24,868 nt of DNA. It comes from a virus (Duplodnaviria > Caudoviricetes). A model generated the notes under the pieces. It was not told the origin of the DNA. It saw only the letters and a list, made by a program, of their open reading frames with translations, and ran no database searches. Made by a program: the position numbers and the translations under genes. Every line of letters begins with the position of its first letter. Position 1 is the stretch's first letter. The stretch lies in the IMG/VR virus record IMGVR_UViG_3300044618_000417, positions 1-24,868 of that record; one strand, given 5' to 3'. Below, one piece after another: positions 17,955 to 24,868 of this stretch.

Positions 17955-17978
17955 TGCGCTTTCCTACCTATGGCTACG

Positions 17979-18007
17979 CTTATAGCGGCAAATTGTTTAA
18001 AACCAAA
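17979..18007 (-). promoter_or_regulatory. Possible internal late promoter upstream of the ejection-protein cluster
   Basis: AT-rich 64-bp gap; on the - strand TTTGGT, 17 bp, then TATAAG (preceded by GC). Weak -35. Confidence 0.35.
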
Positions 18008-18018
18008 GCTCTTACACA

Positions 18019-18690
18019 TCACGGAATCTCCGAGGTGAACCGCACTTGCACGATGGCTGACGGTGTTGCTGGAATAGCAGGAGTGGTGCCCGGTACAGCC
18101 GTGACTGCTGGGAAGTGCTCCATGTTCACCCCCGTGTTCGATACGCGCCACATGACTTCGGTATAGTCGTTGGACGCCAGCTGGATCATGACTGGCGTTG
18201 TGGTAATCAAGTGCGACGGGTTACCCGTGCTTTTGCGCGCTGGAATAGAGAAGCGGCTATTGGTGTCAGGGATATCGACACCGTTCTTGCGTATCCAGAC
18301 GTCGATGTCCTGCGCATCGTTGGTGGTGTTTTTGAACTGCAGGCTAAAGGTAACGGTATAGATGCCCTCGGTTGGGACTGTTAGGCGCGAGCCACTGCTA
18401 AGTGTGATCCCATCCAAGAAGTCCGACTGGGTGTAGGTTACGGCATAGGCAACGTCGATAGCAGCTGCGTTCTGGTCCACATTACTCTGAAACTGCCCGA
18501 ACGGGAAAGACAGGTGCACGCCCGACCCGTAGAAGAAATCAGCCGTGTACTGGGACGCATTGTTGGCTGCCCGCGAGTCCAGCTGCGAGAAGTAAGTTTC
18601 CAACACGCGGATAACCTGCCGCATATATTGCGGGTCCCATTCCCCCGGAGGGCTGGGTAGCGGCGCGGCGCGGAACTTATCTAGAGCCAT
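18019..18690 (-). CDS. Tail accessory protein with a C1q/BclA-like beta-sandwich C-terminus (223 aa)
   Basis: N-terminal PLPSPPGEWD plus a helix, then SRLTVPTEGIYTVTFSLQF...VWIRKNG...QLASNDYTEV jelly-roll pattern. Immediately downstream of the tail-hub gene, the P22 gp26-equivalent position. Confidence 0.6.
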   Translation of the reverse strand: MALDKFRAAPLPSPPGEWDPQYMRQVIRVLETYFSQLDSRAANNASQYTADFFYGSGVHLSFPFGQFQSNVDQNAAAIDVAYAVTYTQSDFLDGITLSSGSRLTVPTEGIYTVTFSLQFKNTTNDAQDIDVWIRKNGVDIPDTNSRFSIPARKSTGNPSHLITTTPVMIQLASNDYTEVMWRVSNTGVNMEHFPAVTAVPGTTPAIPATPSAIVQVRFTSEIP

Positions 18691-20612
18691 TAGCGCCGCC
18701 CATCCGGTCGAACATCAAGGCGCGGTGCACCCAGCTGCCACTTTACCCCAAGGGTGTTTGATCTGATCTGGAACGCCATCTGACGAGCACGGGCACGCAT
18801 GAAGACCTGATCGGTGTAGCGACCTACAGAAGTCTCGATAACGCGCTGAGTATCCGCAGGGTCGGTGCTAAACGGACTGCCGGGGAAATTGCGGGGGCGT
18901 ACCGTCAGAGTGACTTCTGGTGTAGCCACGGTAGACCTAGCGAAATTCACGTCAGGCAGTATGCGGCGGATCAGCATGAACTGATCGCCTTCGTCAAGAT
19001 CAAAGTCGGACGACTGGATGTAGCTATCCATAGCCACCCCGTCAGCATCCACACCATCCTCATGATTATACAGATAGCCAGCACCTGTGGTCACAACGCC
19101 ACCGTTGACAGTTATCGTAGTGTTTGCAGCCTGCGGGTTATGCCGCAGTGGAGTATCGAGCCAAGCCGTGCGGTCGAGATAGCCATAATACCAAATGCGT
19201 TCTAGGTAGTTGTAGATAACATAGGCGTTATTAAAGCTGCTGCCCTGCGTTGGGTAGAACCACCAGATTTCATTCCACTGCTCGTTGGTGCCGCAGATGA
19301 TCTGGTCAGACTGCTCGAAGTTGATGTCATTGAACACATGGTCACGCAGGGAGCAGGGTAGTGTCTCGACACGACCGGTATAGGCATAGAATTTATCCTG
19401 CCCCATCCAGTAGACCACATTGGCCGCAGAGATCATGCAGCGTGGTGAGGCGACCGAAATATTGTCGGCATACTCCTGAAGCCCGAAGACGTCCGTTGTC
19501 CCAAGGAACTGCAGTGTGTAGAGGTTGGTGTCAGTCCAAACCAAGATTTCCTGTCGGGTCGGCAGTGCGCGCACGATGCGCGAGCCGCGCGATATACGTA
19601 GGTCCCCAGCGGTGTTGGTTTGCGTCGGGGTCCAATCCCCCGGAGTGTCTTGGTCAGCCCAGCGGATCAGCATAGGATCAAAGTCTAGCGTACTGGTTGA
19701 GCCAAACGGGACAGCGCCAAAGGCAATAAGATGCTTGTCCTGCTGTGATACCAGTAGCTGCATGACCTGTACGGGTACCGCCGTCGAGCTAAACCCCTCG
19801 CCAGTTGCATAGTCTTGTAGCGTGATCGCGTGGGTAGCAAGTGAGGTAGACGGGTCGTCCACAGTGCCGCGTGCCCACCAGTAAGGTGCGCCGTCGCGGA
19901 TATTCATAACAAGGTCGTTGTCGAAGTTATCAAACCACCAGTCACGTTGGGGTAGGTTCACCCCGCCGTTGGTAGCACCCAGACCCCAAGCATTACGACC
20001 CCAAGTCCCTGTGCCCCACCCAAGACCTATGACGCTGATAGCGTTGCCCGGTTCGATCTCAGGCCGCACGGTAAAGCCCGCACCGCTAACCGACGTGGTA
20101 GAAGTAGCTGGAGTTGTAGTGGGGAAAGTGAAGCTGTTGGCACCGGTCTTGGTAATGACGCGTGCGCCGTTAAGCTCGGTGATGGGGACACCGCCAAGGG
20201 CAGAGACAAAGCCAGCGATGAGGACTGGTTCGCCAGTTACGACCCATGAAGGCAGTGCAGTAGTAGTCGTGACCGTGACGATGCTCTGTGTGTTGGTTAC
20301 TGCAAATGTGTTCGACCCGGCTAGCGCAGTACCAAAGGGTGTGATGTCGTAATAGTAACCACCGTTCTCGATATACGCCTTCGAGTTGGTGCCTAGGGCA
20401 AGCAGGTTGTCGCTATAGGAAGTGATCCAGTTCCACATCTGACGGCATACGCCAGCAAAGGGAGTTGGGGTAGTCTTAGCCCAGCCGCCAATCTTCTCCG
20501 GATAACCGGAGCGGAACCTGATCTTGTCGCACTCGTACCAACCACCCTCGTTGGAGTAGTTAGTCTGGTCGCGGTTGAGACCGGGTTTGAATTGCAGCTT
20601 AAGGAAAGACAT
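18690..20612 (-). CDS. Tail hub/nozzle (P22 gp10-like packaged-DNA stabilisation) protein, 640 aa
   Basis: N-terminal KPGLNRD...W...KIRFRSGYPEKIGGW; beta-propeller-like Trp-rich segments (IRWADQ, VYWMG, NEIWWFYP, YNYLERIWY); C-terminal RARARQMAFQI...WQLG..RLDVRPDGRR. Confidence 0.75.
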   Translation of the reverse strand: MSFLKLQFKPGLNRDQTNYSNEGGWYECDKIRFRSGYPEKIGGWAKTTPTPFAGVCRQMWNWITSYSDNLLALGTNSKAYIENGGYYYDITPFGTALAGSNTFAVTNTQSIVTVTTTTALPSWVVTGEPVLIAGFVSALGGVPITELNGARVITKTGANSFTFPTTTPATSTTSVSGAGFTVRPEIEPGNAISVIGLGWGTGTWGRNAWGLGATNGGVNLPQRDWWFDNFDNDLVMNIRDGAPYWWARGTVDDPSTSLATHAITLQDYATGEGFSSTAVPVQVMQLLVSQQDKHLIAFGAVPFGSTSTLDFDPMLIRWADQDTPGDWTPTQTNTAGDLRISRGSRIVRALPTRQEILVWTDTNLYTLQFLGTTDVFGLQEYADNISVASPRCMISAANVVYWMGQDKFYAYTGRVETLPCSLRDHVFNDINFEQSDQIICGTNEQWNEIWWFYPTQGSSFNNAYVIYNYLERIWYYGYLDRTAWLDTPLRHNPQAANTTITVNGGVVTTGAGYLYNHEDGVDADGVAMDSYIQSSDFDLDEGDQFMLIRRILPDVNFARSTVATPEVTLTVRPRNFPGSPFSTDPADTQRVIETSVGRYTDQVFMRARARQMAFQIRSNTLGVKWQLGAPRLDVRPDGRR

Positions 20613-20953
20613 TAGGTTGCCTCCATGTTCACCGTAATAGTAGCATTTGCCGTGGCGCTGGAGCTATCAGTTACCGTGCAGCGGTAGACGCCGGACTTGG
20701 GTATACCGACGATCAAAGAAGTCGTGAATGTCGTGGCCGCAGAGGAGGGGGAGTTGATGGTGTAGCTATCCCCAGACACGTAAGTCCACGCATAGGTGTA
20801 GCCTCCGCTACCACCCGCCCCAGTACCGGTTGCAGTCGAACTCGTAAGGCTGCCATTGCCAACGCGAGTGTTGGTCATAGGAGACGCGGGAGATATACTA
20901 ATCGACAGAGGCGTGCCCGCAGCCCCCAGCAATGCCATCTGGATACCACTCAT
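20612..20953 (-). CDS. Small Ig-like/PKD-like tail-fiber-associated protein (113 aa)
   Basis: GGSGGYTYAW...GVYRCTVTDS...ATITV Ig-like pattern; TAATG coupling with both neighbours. Confidence 0.7.
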   Translation of the reverse strand: MSGIQMALLGAAGTPLSISISPASPMTNTRVGNGSLTSSTATGTGAGGSGGYTYAWTYVSGDSYTINSPSSAATTFTTSLIVGIPKSGVYRCTVTDSSSATANATITVNMEAT

Positions 20954-22740
20954 TAGCTTACCCCTGCACCCGAGATGATCGCTTCGGTCGAACTGTTAAA
21001 CCAGATCGTAGCCATACCCCGTGCAGCCAGCGTCCGGTTTCCGGTATTAGCCGTGCCTGCTTGGCGGAGCGTAGCCACACCTGCTGTAATGGTAATGGCC
21101 GAAGCGCTATCGTTATAGATCGAGATGGCATCGCCCGCTGCAAAGGTAGAGTTCGGGATCGTGATGCCCGCAGTAGCCGCGATGCACCGGCCAACATCTG
21201 CGACTACAGCTGTGGTGGTTGTGGTCGAGCGCGGGATATTCCGGAAGCCAATGGTCACACCGTCGATGGTAGCACCGGTCGCCACTGAGGTGACGGAACC
21301 AGAGAGGGTGAGGTTACCCGATGTGCTGACAGAACCAGAAAGGGTGAGGCCGTTTGTCGAGCCTGTGCCGCCTACACTCGTAACCGTACCAAGGTTAGTG
21401 GTATAGCCGTTGGGGTTTGTCGCGGGGTATGCACCTAGAGCAGTCAAAGCCAAAGGTGCAGTGGTAGCACCCGTGCCGCCATTGGCGATGGGTAGGGTGC
21501 CTGTCACGTTGGTCGTCAGGTTACAATAAGCAGTAGCGGTAGACCCCGTACCACCATTGGCGATGGGTAGGGCAGTGCCCGATAGAGTGACAGCGAAAGT
21601 ACCCGAGGTAGTGATGCTGGCAGGCGTCACCGACAAGAATGCCGGGACCGTCATGCCGACCGAAGTCACCGTGCCGGTGTTGGCGGTGTAGCCGCTGGGG
21701 TTTGTCGCGGGATAGGCACCTAGAGCAGTCAAAGCCAAAGGTGCGGTAGTAGCCCCTGTGCCGCCATTGGCGATAGGCAGTGTACCGGTAACGTTAGTCG
21801 TCAAGCTGCAGTAGGCAGTAGCGGTGGACCCAGTGCCGCCATTGGCGATGGGAAGCGTGCCCGAAACCTGCGTGGTAAGGCTGACGCCTGACAGAGCGCC
21901 GCCAAGAGTTAACGAGCCTGAGGAAGTGACGGTGCCAGTCAGAGTGATGCCGTTGACCGTGCCGGTGCCGCCGACAGAGGTAACCGTACCGTTGCCAGTA
22001 CCCGCTCCGATTGCAGTTCGGAAAGTCGCAGCGTCCAGAGTGCTTACGGTATTGTCAGCATTGATCCGAAGGAACGCAATGGCTGACGGGTTGGTCAGAG
22101 TATATAGGTTACCCCCTGCCGTGGTCGCACCGATAGCAGTCCGGAAAGTCGCGGCGTCCAGAGTGCTGACCGAGTTGTCGGCATTGATGCGAGTGAACGC
22201 TATGACTGATGGGTTAGCCAGCGTGAAAAAGTTACCGCCTACTGTAGTAGCACCGAGGTTAGTCCGCGCGCCGCCAGCAGTGTTGGAACCCGTGCCGCCC
22301 TGCAAGACAGGGAGTGCAGTGGTCAGTGTGAGCGACGAGAGATGCGTAACCGCGTCGACGACATTCGTACCGTCACCGTATACCCACATGGTTCTACCAG
22401 CGGGGACCGCTATGCCCGTGCCAGCAGCAGTCTTTACCGTGATCGTGTCGGCGCAGTCGTTCCGCACAATGTAGGGCTTCTCGATGCTGGGGACGATGAG
22501 GTCGCGGGCACCCCCAGTAGTACCAGTGCAGCGCAAGCGGAGATGGCGCGCAACCTGTGTAGCGTTGGTATTTGTAAGGGTAAGCGTGACGTTGGCACTG
22601 GCGAAAGTGACATTCTCAGAACCGACGATAGCTTCTTCAAGCGCCGTGCCAAGGTTGACGTTAGTGACGTCGCCCCATGTGGTGGTGTTCTCACCAGTGC
22701 CCATAAGCTGGATTTTGATATTACTATATGTGCTTGGCAT
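20953..22740 (-). CDS. Tail fiber protein (595 aa) with internal repeats
   Basis: RBS AAGGA; Thr/Gly/Ala-rich; N-terminal MPSTYS...GENTTTWG; repeated LPIANGGTG and GTVTSV fiber motifs; C-terminal RTLAARGMATIWF...ISGAGVS. Confidence 0.85.
   Translation of the reverse strand: MPSTYSNIKIQLMGTGENTTTWGDVTNVNLGTALEEAIVGSENVTFASANVTLTLTNTNATQVARHLRLRCTGTTGGARDLIVPSIEKPYIVRNDCADTITVKTAAGTGIAVPAGRTMWVYGDGTNVVDAVTHLSSLTLTTALPVLQGGTGSNTAGGARTNLGATTVGGNFFTLANPSVIAFTRINADNSVSTLDAATFRTAIGATTAGGNLYTLTNPSAIAFLRINADNTVSTLDAATFRTAIGAGTGNGTVTSVGGTGTVNGITLTGTVTSSGSLTLGGALSGVSLTTQVSGTLPIANGGTGSTATAYCSLTTNVTGTLPIANGGTGATTAPLALTALGAYPATNPSGYTANTGTVTSVGMTVPAFLSVTPASITTSGTFAVTLSGTALPIANGGTGSTATAYCNLTTNVTGTLPIANGGTGATTAPLALTALGAYPATNPNGYTTNLGTVTSVGGTGSTNGLTLSGSVSTSGNLTLSGSVTSVATGATIDGVTIGFRNIPRSTTTTTAVVADVGRCIAATAGITIPNSTFAAGDAISIYNDSASAITITAGVATLRQAGTANTGNRTLAARGMATIWFNSSTEAIISGAGVS
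21370..21855 (-). repeat. Duplicated ~67-codon block in the tail fiber (period 285 bp)
   Basis: LPIANGGTGSTATAYC...GTVTSVG occurs at ~21655-21855 and ~21370-21570; a 29-bp identical core lies at 21431-21459 and 21716-21744. Confidence 0.9.
22005..22255 (-). repeat. Tandem 41-aa (123-bp) duplication in the tail fiber
   Basis: GATT(V/A)GGN..TL.NPS.IAF.RINADN.VSTLDAATFRTAI occurs twice in tandem. Confidence 0.9.
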
Positions 22741-22749
22741 CTTCGTTCC

Positions 22750-23367
22750 TTACGTCGGGATTTCCACCCAAACCACTGTATTACCGTCTACCACCTGCAC
22801 CCAGTTCCCAGTCTGAGAGTCATTCACTGCCTGCCAGTTCGGTGTTTGAGCATCGTTAATGGTCGTCCATACCCCACTTTGTGTGTCATTCACGGGCTGC
22901 CAGTTTGGAGTCTGACTATCATCGACGAGACCCCAGACAAGTGGCGTGGCCACAATACCCGCTGCTTGTACACCAACAAGAGTTACTTTGGAACCACCTA
23001 CGGCAGTAGCTGTACCGACCGCACCAGTAGCAGACACACCGGTCACGAACACTGTTCTTGGTAGTGATATGGACACCGTGCCTAGGGCACCGGTAGCTGA
23101 GACCCCAGTGAGCGTAGTGTTGGCGCGGCCAGAGACCGTAGCAGTGCCGATGGAGCCGGTAGCCGAGATGCCTGTGGCGGTGGTGTTTGCCTTAGCGTTG
23201 ACTGTAACAGTGCCGATGGACCCTGTGGCCGACACACCGATAAGTGTGTTGCTTGAAACAGTGACGGTGCCCACGGCACCGGTTGCCGAGACGCCAGTAA
23301 CGGCTACCCCTACAGTAGCGATGCTCCCGGAGAAGGGGGCAGTGGCGAAGGGGACAAACCCAAACAT
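22750..23367 (-). CDS. Repeat-rich virion (head/tail decoration or fiber) protein, 205 aa
   Basis: RBS AAGGGGG. N-terminal MFGFVPFATAPFS; about five G(V/I)SATG..GT.(T/S)(V/I/A) repeats of ~20 aa; C-terminal 11-aa W..(V/I)(N/D)D.Q(T/S) repeats. Confidence 0.7.
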   Translation of the reverse strand: MFGFVPFATAPFSGSIATVGVAVTGVSATGAVGTVTVSSNTLIGVSATGSIGTVTVNAKANTTATGISATGSIGTATVSGRANTTLTGVSATGALGTVSISLPRTVFVTGVSATGAVGTATAVGGSKVTLVGVQAAGIVATPLVWGLVDDSQTPNWQPVNDTQSGVWTTINDAQTPNWQAVNDSQTGNWVQVVDGNTVVWVEIPT

Positions 23368-23412
23368 GTGTAAGCCCCCCTTTCTATGTCACGGTTAGCT
23401 TATAATATATTA

Positions 23413-23580
23413 TTAGCCGCCAAGGAAGTTCGCACCCGCAGCGGCGATAGCAGCGACGGTACCGAGAACTGCAGCTAGCTTAGCCTTCTTGCCCAGCTTG
23501 GGCTTTTCTGCGTCCATAGGGAGAATCTTGCCAGCTACCCGCTCTACAGCCGCTTTCTTAATGAGTTTCTTCAGGTTCAT
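23413..23580 (-). CDS. Small basic protein with a C-terminal hydrophobic helix (55 aa; absent from the ORF track), possible lysis accessory
   Basis: Perfect SD AGGAGGT before ATG 23580; translates MNLKKLIKKAAVERVAGKILPMDAEKPKLGKKAKLAAVLGTVAAIAAAGANFLGG; fills the gap directly after the endolysin. Confidence 0.8.
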   Translation of the reverse strand: MNLKKLIKKAAVERVAGKILPMDAEKPKLGKKAKLAAVLGTVAAIAAAGANFLGG

Positions 23581-23589
23581 AATACCTCC

Positions 23590-24201
23590 TTATAACCAAG
23601 CAGCGTATTTCTTGGTTTTCAGTTTGCGGTCGTCGAGGCCATGTGTGCCCCCGTTGATCCGCTTCGTCAGCGCGAGGATAGCGGCGTCATTGACGCCCTG
23701 ATCGCAGATGCCCCAGAGTTTGTTCCGGTCGAAGAACCATAGCGCGCTCTCAAAGCAGAGTTCACCAGCCACAAGGTCTGGGTTTGTCATCACGTCGGGG
23801 CGGTTCACATAGTTGGCGAAGGCTTGGTAGTTGTCATGTCCGGTGAGTTGAAGGGCACCCCTGCCTCGGAATTTCCACCCGTCGCCGCTGCTCTCAGGGC
23901 CATTGCCCATGCGGTTGGCGTACACGCGGTTTGCGATTTTCATCGGCTGGCGTGCGTAGGCATTGGCCAGAGCGTCAGTCGGGAAATACTTGCGGAAGAT
24001 GCCGCGCAGCCCCTTGGCGCTGTAGTTCAGGTTCTCGCTGAACGCCTTGAAGTTGCCCGACTCATGCGCCGTTTGAGCAAAGAAATGCGCAGCCCGATTA
24101 GGTGATAACTTATAGAAAGCCGAAGCCGCCTTAAGTGTTCCCGGACCGAACGCGCCATCTGCGGTTACTCCAATCTTTTGCTGTAGGTTTACGAGGCTCA
24201 T
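23590..24201 (-). CDS. Endolysin: GH19 chitinase-like catalytic domain with a short N-terminal peptidoglycan-binding motif
   Basis: LQQKIGVTADGAFGPGT (PG-binding-like); HFFAQTAHESG, ENLNYS, FRGRGALQLTG..NY, SALWFF and TKRINGG (GH19). ATG 24201 forms an ATGA overlap with the upstream stop. Confidence 0.93.
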   Translation of the reverse strand: MSLVNLQQKIGVTADGAFGPGTLKAASAFYKLSPNRAAHFFAQTAHESGNFKAFSENLNYSAKGLRGIFRKYFPTDALANAYARQPMKIANRVYANRMGNGPESSGDGWKFRGRGALQLTGHDNYQAFANYVNRPDVMTNPDLVAGELCFESALWFFDRNKLWGICDQGVNDAAILALTKRINGGTHGLDDRKLKTKKYAAWL

Positions 24202-24713
24202 TTGCCAGCACTCCGCCAATCAGGGAAATCATTTTCGTCGACTACGCCGTCGCCGTTGGCGTCATAGCGCAGGTCGTTGCGGTACTTCTCCCACGGCTCC
24301 ATCTCGTCGTCATCGTCGTCTTCGTCCGACGTGTCGATAAACACGGTACCCTGTGGGTCGTCGTAGGTCTTCAACTTCATATCGGGCGTCAAATCAAGCG
24401 GCGGAGGATCACGCTCCGGCTCAGGTGCGGCGGGTTCCGGTTCAGGCTCTGCCTTGTCACGCGCATTGGCGTTAAGGCTCAGGCCACCTAAAAGGCCGAC
24501 GAAGGCACCGATGATCGTCTGGAACGCGGGGTTGACCATGTCGAGGATGGCGGCGCTTTCGACGACGTCGTTCGGCAAGAAAAGTCCTGCGACAAGAGCC
24601 AGCACCACTACAAGGATGACAGCAGACAGCGTTACAATGGCCACGCGGACCACGAACTCGACGGTGTCATTGACGCCCTCTTGCTTGCTTTCAAAGCCAC
24701 TAAGAAAACTCAT
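24198..24713 (-). CDS. Two-TM membrane protein (holin candidate) with an acidic tail and an EF-hand/dockerin-like loop
   Basis: Hydrophobic segments VAIVTLSAVILVVVLALVAGLFL and AFQTIIGAFVGLLGGL; Pro/Glu linker; DEDDDDDE; YDANGDGVVDENDF; translationally coupled to the endolysin. Confidence 0.6.
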   Translation of the reverse strand: MSFLSGFESKQEGVNDTVEFVVRVAIVTLSAVILVVVLALVAGLFLPNDVVESAAILDMVNPAFQTIIGAFVGLLGGLSLNANARDKAEPEPEPAAPEPERDPPPLDLTPDMKLKTYDDPQGTVFIDTSDEDDDDDEMEPWEKYRNDLRYDANGDGVVDENDFPDWRSAGK

Positions 24714-24868
24714 TGCTTATCCTCTTCCTCTTCCTTCGGTGCGGGCTTGCCATTCATGGGGCCGCTGCCCTGCCCCGCCATCAATCCTGCCAATGCGCCG
24801 ACTATGAATGTAGCAATCGGGTTAATCAGCTTAAAAAACTCTGCGTCATTAGGTGCCTGTCCGTCCAT
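24710..24868 (-). CDS. C-terminal part of a small membrane protein, probably truncated by the window edge
   Basis: The frame is open to the window end: MDGQAPNDAEFFKLINPIATFIVGALAGLMAGQGSGPMNGKPAPKEEEEDKQ*; ATGA overlap with the next gene. Not in the ORF track. Confidence 0.7.
   Translation of the reverse strand: MDGQAPNDAEFFKLINPIATFIVGALAGLMAGQGSGPMNGKPAPKEEEEDKQ

Noticed and set aside
21370-21855. Tail-fiber duplication as a DGR template/variable repeat pair
   Set aside because: Both copies are in frame within one gene, the differences are mostly synonymous rather than adenine-specific, and no reverse transcriptase is present in the window.
6043-23398. Many + strand ORFs opposite the structural genes (e.g. 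6742-7578, 10664-11449, 17056-17727, 21824-22474)
   Set aside because: Reverse-complement shadows of Ala/Gly/Thr-rich coding sequence, fully overlapping better-supported genes.
1-24868. CRISPR array, tRNA/rRNA, integrase, IS element, intron/intein or stop-codon recoding
   Set aside because: None recognised by eye; genes tile densely under the standard code with TAA, TGA and TAG all used as stops. tRNAscan and Infernal were not run.

Overview
A 24.9-kb segment of a tailed dsDNA phage, probably a podovirus, with two convergent arms. The + arm (1-5898) is a replication module: a 5'-truncated SNF2-type helicase, a 135-aa hypothetical protein, a Cys-containing acidic-tailed putative ssDNA-binding protein, a Cro-like HTH protein, a 948-aa AEP primase/DUF927-type helicase fusion and a small protein. 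The - arm (24868 down to 5983) is a late module: two similar membrane proteins, a GH19 endolysin, a small membrane protein, repeat-rich tail and fiber proteins, a P22 gp10-like tail hub, and an internal virion/ejection cluster. That cluster includes a GNAT-like protein, a Gln-rich hendecad-repeat protein, a lytic transglycosylase and a 2229-aa polyvalent protein. The best candidate for an undescribed system lies in the 84-bp gap where the arms meet. It looks like a self-contained ~73-nt sRNA gene (TTTACG-N17-TATAAC promoter, stem-loops, intrinsic terminator). Its first stem-loop carries 12 nt perfectly complementary to the ribosome-binding site of the gene at 1270, 4.6 kb away, which suggests trans-acting antisense control of the replication operon. 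All calls come from reading motifs by eye; no database searches were run.
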